DNA from: Thermodesulfobacteriota bacterium
GTDB taxonomy: Bacteria > Desulfobacterota_D > UBA1144 > Nemesobacterales > Mycalebacteriaceae
Assembly: GCA_965198945.1 (NCBI GenBank)
Contig: CBDAQI010000010.1
Span: 1 to 64,000, forward strand
Direction: 5' to 3'
DNA length: 64,000 nucleotides
Positions 53,426-63,684 of the stretch are shown here, piece by piece (the stretch's first letter is position 1; every line of letters starts with the position of its first letter). The notes under the pieces were generated by a model. It searched no databases. It was not told the DNA's origin and was given only the letters and a program-made list of their open reading frames with translations. A program made the position numbers and the translations under genes.

Positions 53426-53564
53426 AGGTCAACTCCTTGTATTTCAGGCGTTTGCCTTCGGTATTCGCTATAATCTTCGCCAGTTGGTTGATTGTGTCAA
53501 GCGACTGCAGGTTGTGCCTTCCGGCAAACTCATCCACATACCTCTGCAAATGCTTGTTGCTGAA

Positions 53565-54532
53565 TTAAGGCCGCATTTGCCAGAGCTTTTGTAGAAGAAG
53601 CCTACAGGCAATACAGGGCGATTGATGCCGCCGCTGACCCCGCTACCCCCCCCCAACCCGCTTATGGCTCAGGTGCAGGCCGCAAACGTTGCTGACTGGA
53701 CGGTCATCACCGGCAGAGTTGAGTCAGGACTCGAAACAGCCGGACAACAAATTAGATTTGCAAGTTTAACCGGGGTTGGTGCTAACCCGGCAGATGCTGA
53801 TGGAGCCTTAGATTTGTTCACAGACGCAAATCTGAGGGCAGATGCTAGCGATGATAATGATGCCTCCAGAGTTAAAGAAGCAATTATTGCGGCTTATGGA
53901 ACAGCGAATGTAGGGGGGGGGTTATCGCGGACGATGCCAATGAAGGTCAAGTCCGAACGGCCCTTAATGATGGTGGTTTTACCGATGAGGAGAAAGCAGA
54001 GTTTACCAAACAGTTTATGATTGAATATTTCCGCCAGTTAGGCGCTTCTGACACCGTTGTGTTGACTGAAGCACAGACGAGTCTCATAACATCCGTTAAT
54101 ACTGCAAATCCAGATGGCACAGCAGTAACTACGATTCCGACGGGAAGACCCGTTCTGGCAAGTGTTTTCCCTTCAGTTGCCACTACGGCAACGGCTCTCC
54201 CCGCTGGTAGTGTTCAAGTAAGCAATCTGGACAAGAGCCCGACACTGTTTCATATAACGGTTCCGGTTTATGCGGTTGCGAATTTCAGTTCTGAAACGCT
54301 GACCGGTAACCTCGGAGTGGGGACGGGCATTATGTTCTACGATGTCGGAGACAAAGTGAACGGCGGAGCCGCCTGGCCGATTCTTGTGAAGGCGGGGCTG
54401 GAATATCCTCTCAGAGACAACATGAACATAGGAGGGGACTTGAGGTTCCACTATGCACTCACAAGCCCGAGCGGAGTTGACTCCATCTGGGGCGTCAGAG
54501 CGGGTGTGAAGCTCACCTACTTCTTCCAGTAG
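53565..54532 (+). pseudogene. 5'-truncated paralog of the 50371-52053 beta-barrel protein
   Basis: Last 108 aa are 91/108 identical by manual count; shared helical module LDLFTDANL...; no signal peptide; frameshifts at C9 (53646-53654) and G9 (53913-53921). Confidence 0.85.
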
Positions 54533-54556
54533 AAGAAACGAAAACTCGCAAATGAT

Positions 54557-54596
54557 AAAAAGCGGAAGAGACTCTTTTAGCCTCTTCCGCTTTTTG
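54557..54596 (+). terminator. Intrinsic terminator
   Basis: aaaaagcggaagag...ctcttccgctttttgtttt. Confidence 0.85.
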
Positions 54597-54709
54597 TTTT
54601 GACAGGTCGGAACTTGTTGCAGAAGGAACCGGCTGCCGGACTGGCAAAAACCCGGGCGGAACTGATTTCAACCGGAAACCGGCGCGGCACTGGGTTTCAT
54701 ATTTTAATC

Positions 54710-54737
54710 TTGACAGATAACTGTTTTACCGTAGAAT
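54710..54737 (+). promoter_or_regulatory. sigma70 promoter of rho
   Basis: TTGACA-16 bp-TAGAAT, ending ~135 bp upstream of the rho start. Confidence 0.6.
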
Positions 54738-54873
54738 TATGGCGATAGGGAAAGCTTCCTGTTCTGTTTCTCTCCCTCCCGGGGAGAAAAGAAGTGGTTT
54801 CAGCAAGGTCTTTTGAGGGTTTTTCCCGGTTCATGCATTTTGCACTTAATAACTTTCTTATCAGTTTCTCTTT

Positions 54874-56193
54874 ATGTCTAAAAATCAGCAACAGACTATA
54901 GAAACCTCACGCAAGGGTAATGGTTCTTCGGGCGCCGAGGTTTTGAGTTTGGAAATTCTAAGAAAAAAATCCAACAGCGAGTTGACCAAACTTGCCTCGG
55001 ACGCCGGTATTGAAGACACGAGCGTTTTGTCGCGCCAGGACATGATTTATTCAATAATGCGGGCCAAAGGCGGGAGCGGAGACGGTTCCATTCAAACCGA
55101 AGGGGTTCTTGAAATACTTTCGGAAGGATACGGATTTTTAAGGTCTCCGGCAAACAGCTACCTGTTCGGTCCCGACGATGTTTATGTTTCAAGGTCACAG
55201 ATTCGCTCGGTAAGCCTGAAAACCGGAGATACGGTCAGCGGAAAGGTTCGCCTTCCGAGAGACGGAGAGAAAAATCTCGCACTTTTGAAAATTGACTCTG
55301 TTAACGGTGAGCCCCCGGCAAAATGCAACGAAAGAATACCGTTTGAAAATCTCGTTCCGCTACACCCGGAGAAGCGTTTGGATCTTGAGTATGAGGCGAA
55401 AGAGTTCAGCACCAGAATTTTGAATCTTTTTGTCCCCATAGGACTCGGTCAGCGGGCAATGATTGTGGCGCCTCCGAGAACCGGGAAAACCATTCTTCTT
55501 CAGAGGATAGCGAACGGAATCACACAGAATCATCCCGATGTCAAACTCATAGTTCTTCTCATAGACGAGCGTCCCGAAGAGGTTACCGATATGAAGCGGT
55601 CGGTTGTGGGAGAAGTTGTGAGTTCAACATTTGACGAGCCGCCCAAGCGTCACATTCAGGTCGCGGATATGGTTCTTGAAAAAGCAAAACGCTTTGTTGA
55701 ACAGGGAAGAGACGTGGTGGTTCTTCTTGACAGTCTTACCCGTCTTGCGCGGGCGAGCAACACGGTAACTCCCGCGAGCGGCAGAGTTCTTTCAGGCGGA
55801 ATTGAGGCAAACGCTCTTCAGAAACCGAAGCGGTTTTTCGGTGCGGCGAGAAACACCGAAGAGGGGGGAAGTCTCACAATCATCGCCACCGCTCTTATAG
55901 ACACCGGCAGCAGAATGGACGAAGTGATTTTTGAAGAGTTCAAAGGCACGGGCAATATGGAATGTTATCTTGACAGAAAACTTGCCGACAGAAGAATTTT
56001 CCCGGCATTTGAACTTCAGCGTTCCGGCACAAGAAAAGAAGAGCTTCTTTTGACTGAAGAAGAGATGAACAGAGTCTGGCTCCTGCGCAGAGTGCTGAAC
56101 CCGATGAACACCGTTGAGGCGATGGAGTTCCTTCTGGATAAAATGCGCGGCACCAAGAACAACAAAGAGTTTTTGAGCGGAATGAACCAGTAG
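54874..56193 (+). CDS. rho: Transcription termination factor Rho
   Basis: [44 protein letters not shown]. Confidence 0.98.
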   Translation: MSKNQQQTIETSRKGNGSSGAEVLSLEILRKKSNSELTKLASDAGIEDTSVLSRQDMIYSIMRAKGGSGDGSIQTEGVLEILSEGYGFLRSPANSYLFGPDDVYVSRSQIRSVSLKTGDTVSGKVRLPRDGEKNLALLKIDSVNGEPPAKCNERIPFENLVPLHPEKRLDLEYEAKEFSTRILNLFVPIGLGQRAMIVAPPRTGKTILLQRIANGITQNHPDVKLIVLLIDERPEEVTDMKRSVVGEVVSSTFDEPPKRHIQVADMVLEKAKRFVEQGRDVVVLLDSLTRLARASNTVTPASGRVLSGGIEANALQKPKRFFGAARNTEEGGSLTIIATALIDTGSRMDEVIFEEFKGTGNMECYLDRKLADRRIFPAFELQRSGTRKEELLLTEEEMNRVWLLRRVLNPMNTVEAMEFLLDKMRGTKNNKEFLSGMNQ

Positions 56194-56234
56194 CGGAATT
56201 TTCCCGCTTTCCACTTATTTGCCGGCGCGGCGCA

Positions 56235-56855
56235 ATGTATTATTTCCCCATGGAACTGCGGATAATTGTCGGCGCATACCTGATTATCTTTTTTGCCGTC
56301 ATGACCTTTCTTATCAGAAAGGTTGGATCAAATATCGGCGCTTGCCCCATAGTCCGCCATAAATCGGATAAAAATCCTCTCATGGCGTTTACCGAGCGTG
56401 CGGCTTCTCTTTCATTTTTTCTGCTTATTCTGAGCGCGGTTTTCTATGTTTTTGACTTCACACCCTTTTTTCTTTTTCACGAATTTTCCCTGCCTTATAA
56501 GTATGAAATAAGAATAGCGGGGGTTTTTCTCGCCGGTATTGCTCTGGTTCTTATTTCCACGGCGCTGCTTCAGATGCGCGATTCATGGCGTATGGGCATA
56601 GAAGACAGGTCTGATATGGAAACGGAACTGGTCAGCCGGGGGCTGTTCAGGTTTTTCCGCCATCCGGTTTATCAGTTTGCCATTGTTCTGGGGGTTTCAA
56701 TTTTTTTCACGGATCCTCATCCTGTGTCTCTTCTGAGTGTTACGGTTTACTATGTGGTGCTTTCGGTTCAGGCGCGCATGGAAGAGGAGTTTCTGCTGCG
56801 CAAGTGGGGAGAACGCTACCGGGATTTTATGAGCAGCCGCTCAACATGGTTTTAG
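56235..56855 (+). CDS. Isoprenylcysteine carboxyl methyltransferase (ICMT/PEMT)-family membrane protein
   Basis: SWRMGI, LVSRGLFRFFRHPVY, EEEFL...GERYRDF. Confidence 0.85.
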   Translation: MYYFPMELRIIVGAYLIIFFAVMTFLIRKVGSNIGACPIVRHKSDKNPLMAFTERAASLSFFLLILSAVFYVFDFTPFFLFHEFSLPYKYEIRIAGVFLAGIALVLISTALLQMRDSWRMGIEDRSDMETELVSRGLFRFFRHPVYQFAIVLGVSIFFTDPHPVSLLSVTVYYVVLSVQARMEEEFLLRKWGERYRDFMSSRSTWF

Positions 56856-56893
56856 CGGAGTAGTGTGTAAGGGATTCAAAATCAAATTTTTCT

Positions 56894-57202
56894 TCATCCG
56901 GCTTCAACATCAACAAAAATTTCTCCGTTTTCCACTTTGACTTCAAAAATCTCTATCGGTTCGGTCGCGGGCATGCAGAGAGCTTCACCGGTTTTTACAT
57001 TAAACTCCGCCCCGTGATAGGCGCAGGTGATGACTTCTCCGTCCAGTTCCCCGTCTGAAAGCGGCAGTTCCTGGTGCTTGCACCGGTCTCGGAACGCACA
57101 GAACACTCCATCAACATTACAGACGGCCACTTCATCAAAACCGACCATGAAAGACTTAATTTCTCCGGGAGCTATTTCGGAGATATTGGCGATTTTTTTC
57201 AT
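56894..57202 (-). CDS. Rieske [2Fe-2S] ferredoxin
   Basis: CKH...CAYH Rieske motif; ATG at 57202. Confidence 0.92.
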   Translation of the reverse strand: MKKIANISEIAPGEIKSFMVGFDEVAVCNVDGVFCAFRDRCKHQELPLSDGELDGEVITCAYHGAEFNVKTGEALCMPATEPIEIFEVKVENGEIFVDVEAG

Positions 57203-57206
57203 CTTT

Positions 57207-58532
57207 TCATTTTCCGAGCGCGGCGGCAAACCAGCTTTCGGACTCTTTTTCAAGAAAACCGCGAATCGGTTCCACGGTCATCTGCGCTATGCTTTCGCGC
57301 GTGAAACCTCTTAAAATGACCGACCGCGCATCGCTTTCGTGTATTCCCCTTGAGCGTAGATAAAAAACGGCGTCTTCATCCATTTGCCCGATTGTGGCCC
57401 CGTGCGTGCATTTGACATCGTCATTATAGATTTCAAGCTGCGGTTTTGTGTCTATGCGCGCCGTGTCGGAAAGCAGAAGATTGCGGTTAGTCTGTTTCGC
57501 GTCCGTTTTGACCGCCCCCTCGTGAACTACGATTCTTCCGTGAAAAACACCCCGGCCTTTTTCATTCAGAACACCGTTGAAAATCTGCCGGCTGTCGCAG
57601 TGGGGCGCCGCGTGCTCAACCTTCATGAAATTGTCCATATGCTGGCGTCCGGTCGGCATGAAAAGACCGTTCACAAGACAGTTGGCCCCGCTTCCGGAGA
57701 GTTTCGGATGCACGTTGTTTCTCACAATCGCGCCGCCGGAAAGAACCGAATGAGACAGTGTGTTTGAATCTTTGCCCTGAAGCAGATTAAGGGTTGAGAT
57801 GTTGACGCCGTCTCTGTCTTCAAATTCAAGAGTGTAGTGTTCAACTGTGCCGGCGGCCCCAACGGACACTTCGGTCAGGGTGTTTGAAAGAAAACCGCCT
57901 CCCCCGACTGATATATAATGCTCAATAACTTTGGCCTTGCAGCCGTCTTCCGCAATTATCAGATTTCTCGGACTGTTTATCAGCGCAGCCCCGTTGCAGA
58001 CAGACGCGTAAACAACGTAAACCGGGGTCCGCTCTTCCGTGCCTCCGGAGATATGCACAAAAGCCCCGTCCTCAAAAAGCGCGGTGTTCAAAGCGGTGAA
58101 AAACTCTTTTTCGCAGTCGGAAAGTTTTCCGAAATGTTCCCGCACTTTCTCCTTATAAGTTTTTGCGGCTTCTGAGAGCGGCAGAACAACAAGGTTTTCA
58201 GATTCTTGAGGATTTGAAAGCGCGGGCTCATAAACACCGTTTACAAACACAAGTGTGGGAGCGCCGAGCCCCTCCACCAGGCGGCCTGAGATGTCGCGCC
58301 CGCTTATCTCGGTTTTTCCGGCAAGGCCGTATGACGAAGCCGCCACACCCTTCAGGCTGGTAAATCTCCAGTCTTCATGCATTACGGTGGGAAACTCAAT
58401 TTGCGCAACCGAGAGCGCGGCTTTTTCTTTTATTTCGTCAAGAAAGGAAACGCCTGTTTTCGGGGCGTTTTCACAAAGAGCCGCGAGCCCCTCAGCTTTT
58501 TTTATAACTTTTGATGACATTTGTTTGTTCAC
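57207..58532 (-). CDS. sufD: Fe-S cluster assembly protein SufD
   Basis: EDWRFT, KPQLEIYNDDVKCTHGATIG, FYLRSRG. Confidence 0.95.
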   Translation of the reverse strand: MNKQMSSKVIKKAEGLAALCENAPKTGVSFLDEIKEKAALSVAQIEFPTVMHEDWRFTSLKGVAASSYGLAGKTEISGRDISGRLVEGLGAPTLVFVNGVYEPALSNPQESENLVVLPLSEAAKTYKEKVREHFGKLSDCEKEFFTALNTALFEDGAFVHISGGTEERTPVYVVYASVCNGAALINSPRNLIIAEDGCKAKVIEHYISVGGGGFLSNTLTEVSVGAAGTVEHYTLEFEDRDGVNISTLNLLQGKDSNTLSHSVLSGGAIVRNNVHPKLSGSGANCLVNGLFMPTGRQHMDNFMKVEHAAPHCDSRQIFNGVLNEKGRGVFHGRIVVHEGAVKTDAKQTNRNLLLSDTARIDTKPQLEIYNDDVKCTHGATIGQMDEDAVFYLRSRGIHESDARSVILRGFTRESIAQMTVEPIRGFLEKESESWFAAALGK

Positions 58533-59279
58533 CTATGCGGATTTTTCAATCCACCCGTAGCCCCTGCTTTCAAGCTCTAAAGCGAGTTCCCTGCCTCCGG
58601 ATTTAACTATTTTCCCCTCCGCCATAACATGGACAAAATCGGGCACGATGTATTCAAGAAGACGCTGGTAATGGGTTATGATTATAAAAGATCTGTCTTT
58701 TGACCTCATGGAATTGACGCCTTCGGCGACTATTTTGAGCGCATCAATGTCAAGACCGGAATCAGTCTCGTCCAATATGGCGAGTTTCGGTTCAAGGATT
58801 TGCATCTGAAAAATTTCGTTTCTCTTTTTCTCGCCGCCCGAAAACCCTTCGTTTACGGGCCGTGAAAGAAAAGAGCTGTCTATTCCGAGATCTTTCATTT
58901 TTTCCGCGGCGAGTTTTGAAAACTCCACATGCTTTACCGGCTCCATACCCTTGTATTTTCTTATGGAATTGAGCCCCTCCCTCAGCAGGTAGGCGTTTGA
59001 AACCCCGGGTATTTCAATGGGATATTGAAACGCCATGAAAACCCCTTCGGCCGCACGTTCTTCGGGTTCCATGTCAAGAAGGTCTTTCCCTTCAAGTTCA
59101 ACCGCTCCGTCAGTCACTTGATATGCGTCTTTTCCGGCGAGAACCTGTGAAAGAGTGCTTTTCCCCGAACCGTTGGGGCCCATTATTGAATGAACCTCCC
59201 CCTCTCCCACTTTCAGGTTGAGCCCTTTGAGTATTTCCCTGCCGTCAACGCCGGCGCGCAGATTTTTTATTTCAAGCAT
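58533..59279 (-). CDS. sufC: Fe-S cluster assembly ATPase SufC
   Basis: GPNGSGKST, VNEGFSGGEKKRNE, LDETDSGLDID. Confidence 0.97.
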   Translation of the reverse strand: MLEIKNLRAGVDGREILKGLNLKVGEGEVHSIMGPNGSGKSTLSQVLAGKDAYQVTDGAVELEGKDLLDMEPEERAAEGVFMAFQYPIEIPGVSNAYLLREGLNSIRKYKGMEPVKHVEFSKLAAEKMKDLGIDSSFLSRPVNEGFSGGEKKRNEIFQMQILEPKLAILDETDSGLDIDALKIVAEGVNSMRSKDRSFIIITHYQRLLEYIVPDFVHVMAEGKIVKSGGRELALELESRGYGWIEKSA

Positions 59280-59324
59280 TTTTTTCTCCCGCGAAATGTG
59301 TTTTGTGTTCTCGCGCCGTGAGGT

Positions 59325-60776
59325 TTATCCGACGCTGCCCTCAAGGCTTACACTGAGAAGTTTTTCCGCCTCAACCGCAAACTCAAAAGGCAGTTCCTTG
59401 AAAACTTCCTTGCAGAATCCGTTAACAATCAGTGAAACGGCGTCTTCGGCGGAAAGCCCCCTTTGCTGACAGTAGAATATCTGGTCTTCCCCGATTTTTG
59501 AAGTTGACGCCTCATGCTCCATTTGAGCGGTTGCGTTGTTCACCTCAATATATGGAAATGTGTGAGCTCCGCAATGGTCTCCTATCAGCATTGAATCGCA
59601 CTGTGTGTAGTTGCGTGAGTTTTCAGCCGGCTTCCCGATATTTACAAGGCCTCTGTATGTGTTCTGCCCCTTGCCCGCGCTTATGCCTTTTGAAACTATT
59701 GTGCTGCTTGTATTTTTGCCGACATGCACCATTTTTGTTCCGGTGTCGGCCTGCTGCATTCCGTTTGTCAGCGCGACCGAATAAAATTCTCCGACCGAGT
59801 TGTCTCCCTCAAGTATGCACCCCGGATACTTCCAGGTAATGGCGGAGCCGGTTTCCACCTGAGTCCAAGATATGCGCGAACCCGCTCCCGCACACCTTCC
59901 GCGCTTTGTAACAAAGTTGTAGATTCCGCCTTTGCCCTCGCTGTCTCCGGGATACCAGTTTTGAATGGTTGAGTATTTAATTGTGGCATCCTCAAGAGCC
60001 ACAAGCTCAACGACCGCCGCATGAAGCTGGTTTTCGTCCCTCATGGGAGCCGTACAGCCCTCAAGATAACTCACATAACTTCCCTTTTCGGCGATTATTA
60101 GAGTTCTTTCAAACTGACCGGTGTTCTCCGCGTTGATTCTGAAATATGTGGACAGCTCCATCGGGCAGCGCACACCTTCGGGAACATAGACGAAAGAGCC
60201 GTCTGTGAATACTGCCGAATTCAGGGCGGCGAAAAAGTTGTCCGAATGCGGAACAACCGAGCCCATGTATTTTTTCACAAGATCGGGATGCTCACGAACG
60301 GCTTCGGAAATTGAACAGAATATGACCCCTTCGGCGGCGAGTTTTTCCTTGAAAGTGGTTACAAGCGAAACACTGTCAAAAACCGCGTCCACCGCCACGG
60401 CTTCACTCTGCACCCCCGCGAGCATCTTCTGCTCTTCAAGCGGTATGCCGAGCTTTTCATATGTTTTTCTTATCTCGGGGTCTATGTCATCAAGACTTTT
60501 CGGGCGCTCTCCGTTTTTGGGCGCTGCGTAGTAGATTATTTCGTTATAGTCTATGGGCGGGTATTTTACATTTGCCCACTTCGGTTCTTTCATTCCGAGC
60601 CAGTGTTTGTATGCCTTCAGCCTCCATTGAAGCATCCAGTCCGGCTCTTCCTTTTTTGTTGAGATAAAGCGGATTACATCTTCACTGAGGCCTTTCGGCG
60701 CGACATCCTGTTCCACATCGGTTGAAAAACCGTATTTGTATTCCCGCCGGGCGAGTTCCTCAAAGTCAATGCTCAC
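59325..60776 (-). CDS. sufB: Fe-S cluster assembly protein SufB
   Basis: [34 protein letters not shown]; probable GTG start at 60776. Confidence 0.97.
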   Translation of the reverse strand: MSIDFEELARREYKYGFSTDVEQDVAPKGLSEDVIRFISTKKEEPDWMLQWRLKAYKHWLGMKEPKWANVKYPPIDYNEIIYYAAPKNGERPKSLDDIDPEIRKTYEKLGIPLEEQKMLAGVQSEAVAVDAVFDSVSLVTTFKEKLAAEGVIFCSISEAVREHPDLVKKYMGSVVPHSDNFFAALNSAVFTDGSFVYVPEGVRCPMELSTYFRINAENTGQFERTLIIAEKGSYVSYLEGCTAPMRDENQLHAAVVELVALEDATIKYSTIQNWYPGDSEGKGGIYNFVTKRGRCAGAGSRISWTQVETGSAITWKYPGCILEGDNSVGEFYSVALTNGMQQADTGTKMVHVGKNTSSTIVSKGISAGKGQNTYRGLVNIGKPAENSRNYTQCDSMLIGDHCGAHTFPYIEVNNATAQMEHEASTSKIGEDQIFYCQQRGLSAEDAVSLIVNGFCKEVFKELPFEFAVEAEKLLSVSLEGSVG

Positions 60777-61182
60777 TGAGGTCCCCTTCCTTGGACAAAC
60801 TCTCAAGGCTTATTTTTTCAAGGGTTCTTATCATGGTTGTCTGCAGTTTGTCCCAGACTGGAAATTGCGTACAATTTTCATAAAGCGCACAGGGGCCGTC
60901 CTCATTTATACAGTCAACTATTTGTATGTCTCCCTCAATTGCCTCATATACATGTCTGAGATTCAGCGCGGAAGGTTTTTTTGCGAGCATGTATCCGCCC
61001 GAGGGACCGCGTCCCGAAATTACTATCCTCCTTTTTACAAGCCGCCCCATTATCTTGGCCAGATATTTGTGCGGTATGTGCTGGTGATCGGAAATTTCTT
61101 TCATTCCGCACCTTCTTCCCTGGTTGTTGCTCATATATGTCAATGAGCGTACGGCATAATCAAGAGCTTTACTTATCTGCAT
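60766..61182 (-). CDS. Rrf2-family transcriptional regulator (IscR-like)
   Basis: [16 protein letters not shown], three Cys (C..C..C) for Fe-S binding; first gene of the suf operon. Confidence 0.92.
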   Translation of the reverse strand: MQISKALDYAVRSLTYMSNNQGRRCGMKEISDHQHIPHKYLAKIMGRLVKRRIVISGRGPSGGYMLAKKPSALNLRHVYEAIEGDIQIVDCINEDGPCALYENCTQFPVWDKLQTTMIRTLEKISLESLSKEGDLSEH

Positions 61183-61236
61183 AAATGAGTTCCTCTGTTT
61201 GTCATTAACATTTTTTTAAAGAATTAGACTCGTAGC

Positions 61237-62184
61237 TTAACAGGAAAAATCCATTTTTTCAACTAACTCCCGCGCCAGACCCTCAGCTCTTTGCGGGCTT
61301 GAAATTATCGTATCGGTAACAAGAGTCTCAATTCCCAGGGACTCTATTTTTTTTGCTTCGGCACGGTCGTTCCGGTCTATCACCATCAGATTGAGAAAGT
61401 CGGAATACATCTTTGCAATCTGGAAGGAGGAAACTTCAAGGCCCATGGCTTTCATGAGCCGGTCGGCGGGGCCTTTGAGGGGTTTGCCCCCCACAAGCGG
61501 ACTTACGGCCGCGACAACGGCTTTTGATTTTCTCAAACATTCCCTCACTCCCGGCACTTCAAGTATGGGCCCTATGCTTATTACCGGGTTGCTCGGACAA
61601 AGCACTATCGCCCGGGCTGATTCAATTGCTCCGGCGACTCCGGGAGCGGGTGTTGCGGAATCAATTCCCTTGAAAGTGATTCCCGAAACCGCGGGCTGCA
61701 TTTTTCTGCGGACGTAATACTCCTGGAAGTGCATCTCTCCCGAATCGGTGTGCACCCATGTTTGAACCCCGCAATCTGTCATCGGTATTATTGCCGCCTT
61801 CTCAGCCACCCCGAAACGGCGCGCAATCTCCCTGACCGCGCCCGAAAGCGGCTCCCCGCCCTCCATCATTTCCGTTCTTATGATGTGTGTGGCAAGGTCG
61901 CGGTCACCTATTCTGAACCAGTTTTCCTTTCCGAGGGAGCCCGCCGCGTCAATAAAATTGAAAGTGTCCCCCTTTATTCCCCAGCCCTTTTTTTTGTCCG
62001 CGATTCCCGCAAGCCAGTAGATTACGGTGTCTATGTCGGGCGATATGTGCAGACCGAAAAGTTTTATATCATCCGCGCTGTTGACTATGACGGAAAGTTT
62101 TCCGCAGTTGCGTCTGACAATTTCCGATGACATGCCTTTGAGGAACTTCCCCGCTCCCACACCACCTCCGAGACAGGTAATCAT
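61237..62184 (-). CDS. cofD: 2-phospho-L-lactate transferase (F420 biosynthesis)
   Basis: GGGVGAGKFL, ISPDIDTVIY, WFRIGDRDLATH, HFQEY, PSNPVISIGPIL, KGPAD. Confidence 0.95.
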   Translation of the reverse strand: MITCLGGGVGAGKFLKGMSSEIVRRNCGKLSVIVNSADDIKLFGLHISPDIDTVIYWLAGIADKKKGWGIKGDTFNFIDAAGSLGKENWFRIGDRDLATHIIRTEMMEGGEPLSGAVREIARRFGVAEKAAIIPMTDCGVQTWVHTDSGEMHFQEYYVRRKMQPAVSGITFKGIDSATPAPGVAGAIESARAIVLCPSNPVISIGPILEVPGVRECLRKSKAVVAAVSPLVGGKPLKGPADRLMKAMGLEVSSFQIAKMYSDFLNLMVIDRNDRAEAKKIESLGIETLVTDTIISSPQRAEGLARELVEKMDFSC

Positions 62185-62872
62185 CCACGAAAGCATATAC
62201 AAAAAATGCCTTTGTTTGGGGCTTATATACCGTTTTAGGCAAACAGTAATTTGAACCGGTATTGATGGGCATATTGTTTTGTATGTCTACCAAAAGAAAG
62301 AATATCAGTGTTTACGAGTTCATAAGCAGGGACCCGGATGAGAAGGCGGTTGTTGTTTTCTTTGAATAAAGCCGGTGGGACAGGACCGGGCGTCATTGTC
62401 AGCATTGCGGCGGTTTACGGCCAACCAAAGCCAAGCGGCAGGATGCCGTTTCACTGCAAAGACTGTAGCAAGCATTTCAGTGTTCGCACGGGTTCCGTGT
62501 TTGCGGAGAGCAATCTGCCTCTCAATAAGTGTCTCATGGCGATTTATTCTCTCGCAACCAACCTTAAAGGGATGGCTACGCTGGCTTGAAAAAAGGTTTT
62601 AAGCATATGGCGGTCAGTCACTCTGTGAGTGAGTATATCAAGTGGTTCATACAAACGGGGTTGAACCCTTCTGGTCAATGCTCAAAAGCGGTTATGTCGG
62701 TGTTTATCATCAATTCAGCAATAAGCATTTGCATAAATATGTGGATGAGTTCGCGGGCCGGCACAATCTGCGGACGCTTGGCACAATCAACCAACTGGCG
62801 AAGATTATAGCGAATACCGAAGGCAAACTCCTGAAATGCAGAGAGTTGATTTACGCTCCGACAAGCCAAAAC

Positions 62873-63217
62873 TCATTGAACCGATAAATGCAACTCTTGA
62901 AGATGTGGCAAAGGCTGTGTTTCGGAATAAGAAGCTGAAGAAAAAAGACAGAGTAAGAAAGCCGCCCAATTAAAACGCGGAATCTTCATAAATTTTTCTT
63001 TGTATACGCCGGCCTGCTTGATAATCTCCAACAATGTGCCGACAGGTATTGTTTCTGAGCGATAAGCAGTTAGTCTTTCAATAGCAACTCTACAGGCTTC
63101 CCGCAACATTTCAAAAGCATGATCTGCCGTATCGCCACAACTGGCAACGCCAAAATCAAGACATTGAGAGAAATAATTTTCGCCCTCTTTCCATGAAACC
63201 GCTTTTGTTGTGTCCAT
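62873..63217 (-). pseudogene. HicB-like N-terminus joined to a HicA-like C-terminal remnant
   Basis: WKEGENYFSQCLDFGVASCGDT...LREA (HicB-like) then IPVGTLLEIIKQAG (HicA-like). Confidence 0.65.
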
Positions 63218-63302
63218 TTCTCCTCTGTGTTTTCAAATTGCCGAATAATAGGGAACTTTTGCGGAACTAACAGTGCTTTTTGTCAAAAAGCTTTCCCATA
63301 AC

Positions 63303-63537
63303 AGTAAAAAGAGTCCCCGATAGTTGTTTACCAAACTAATGAACGAAGGGTATGAAGTTCATTAAATATTGGGGACTCAAAATTCCAAGCATCAAATTAA
63401 GTTGCCAACCAAATCTCCTTGCATACCAGCGCGTGGGCGCCGGGCCTTGCCACTTACTCACTGAAAAGAGAAAGCCTGACTGTTTCCCTGTAAACAGAGT
63501 GTTGTATTGATCAGAGACCCGACAGACGGGTTTCCAG
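63303..63537 (-). ncRNA. Putative structured RNA inside the IS1595 right end (copy 2)
   Basis: Homolog of 52175-52473; gagtcccc...ggggactc stem followed by a U run. Confidence 0.5.
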
Positions 63538-63684
63538 CGAATAAGTGGCGGGAAAACCATAACAGTAAACTTGTAAAATAATCAAGAAGGCGTCTAACAA
63601 AGTATATAAGTCTCCTTTATTTTGTTGGACTTTACGCTTTTTTGCTTATAAAATGAACAAGAGGTTGGGCTTGGCGGGGGTATT

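Larger units (their letters stand above)
52142..53567 (-). mobile_element. Truncated IS1595-family element (right end, passengers and transposase 3' end)
   Basis: GGGGCTTATA end at 52142 matches 62218; 53430-53567(-) encodes FSNKHLQRYVDEFAGRHN and closely resembles 62711-62850. Confidence 0.78.
62218..63614 (+). mobile_element. Internally deleted IS1595-family element with passenger DNA
   Basis: IRL GGGGCTTATATAC (62218) and IRR read inward GAGACTTATATAC (63614); flanking 8-mers ctttgttt/ctttattt; transposase pieces CKDCSKHFSVRTGSVF, HTNGVEPFWSMLK, KHLHKYVDEF. Confidence 0.85.

Noticed and set aside
56894..61182. suf operon lacking sufS/sufE
   Set aside because: A frequent arrangement; those genes are often elsewhere in the genome.
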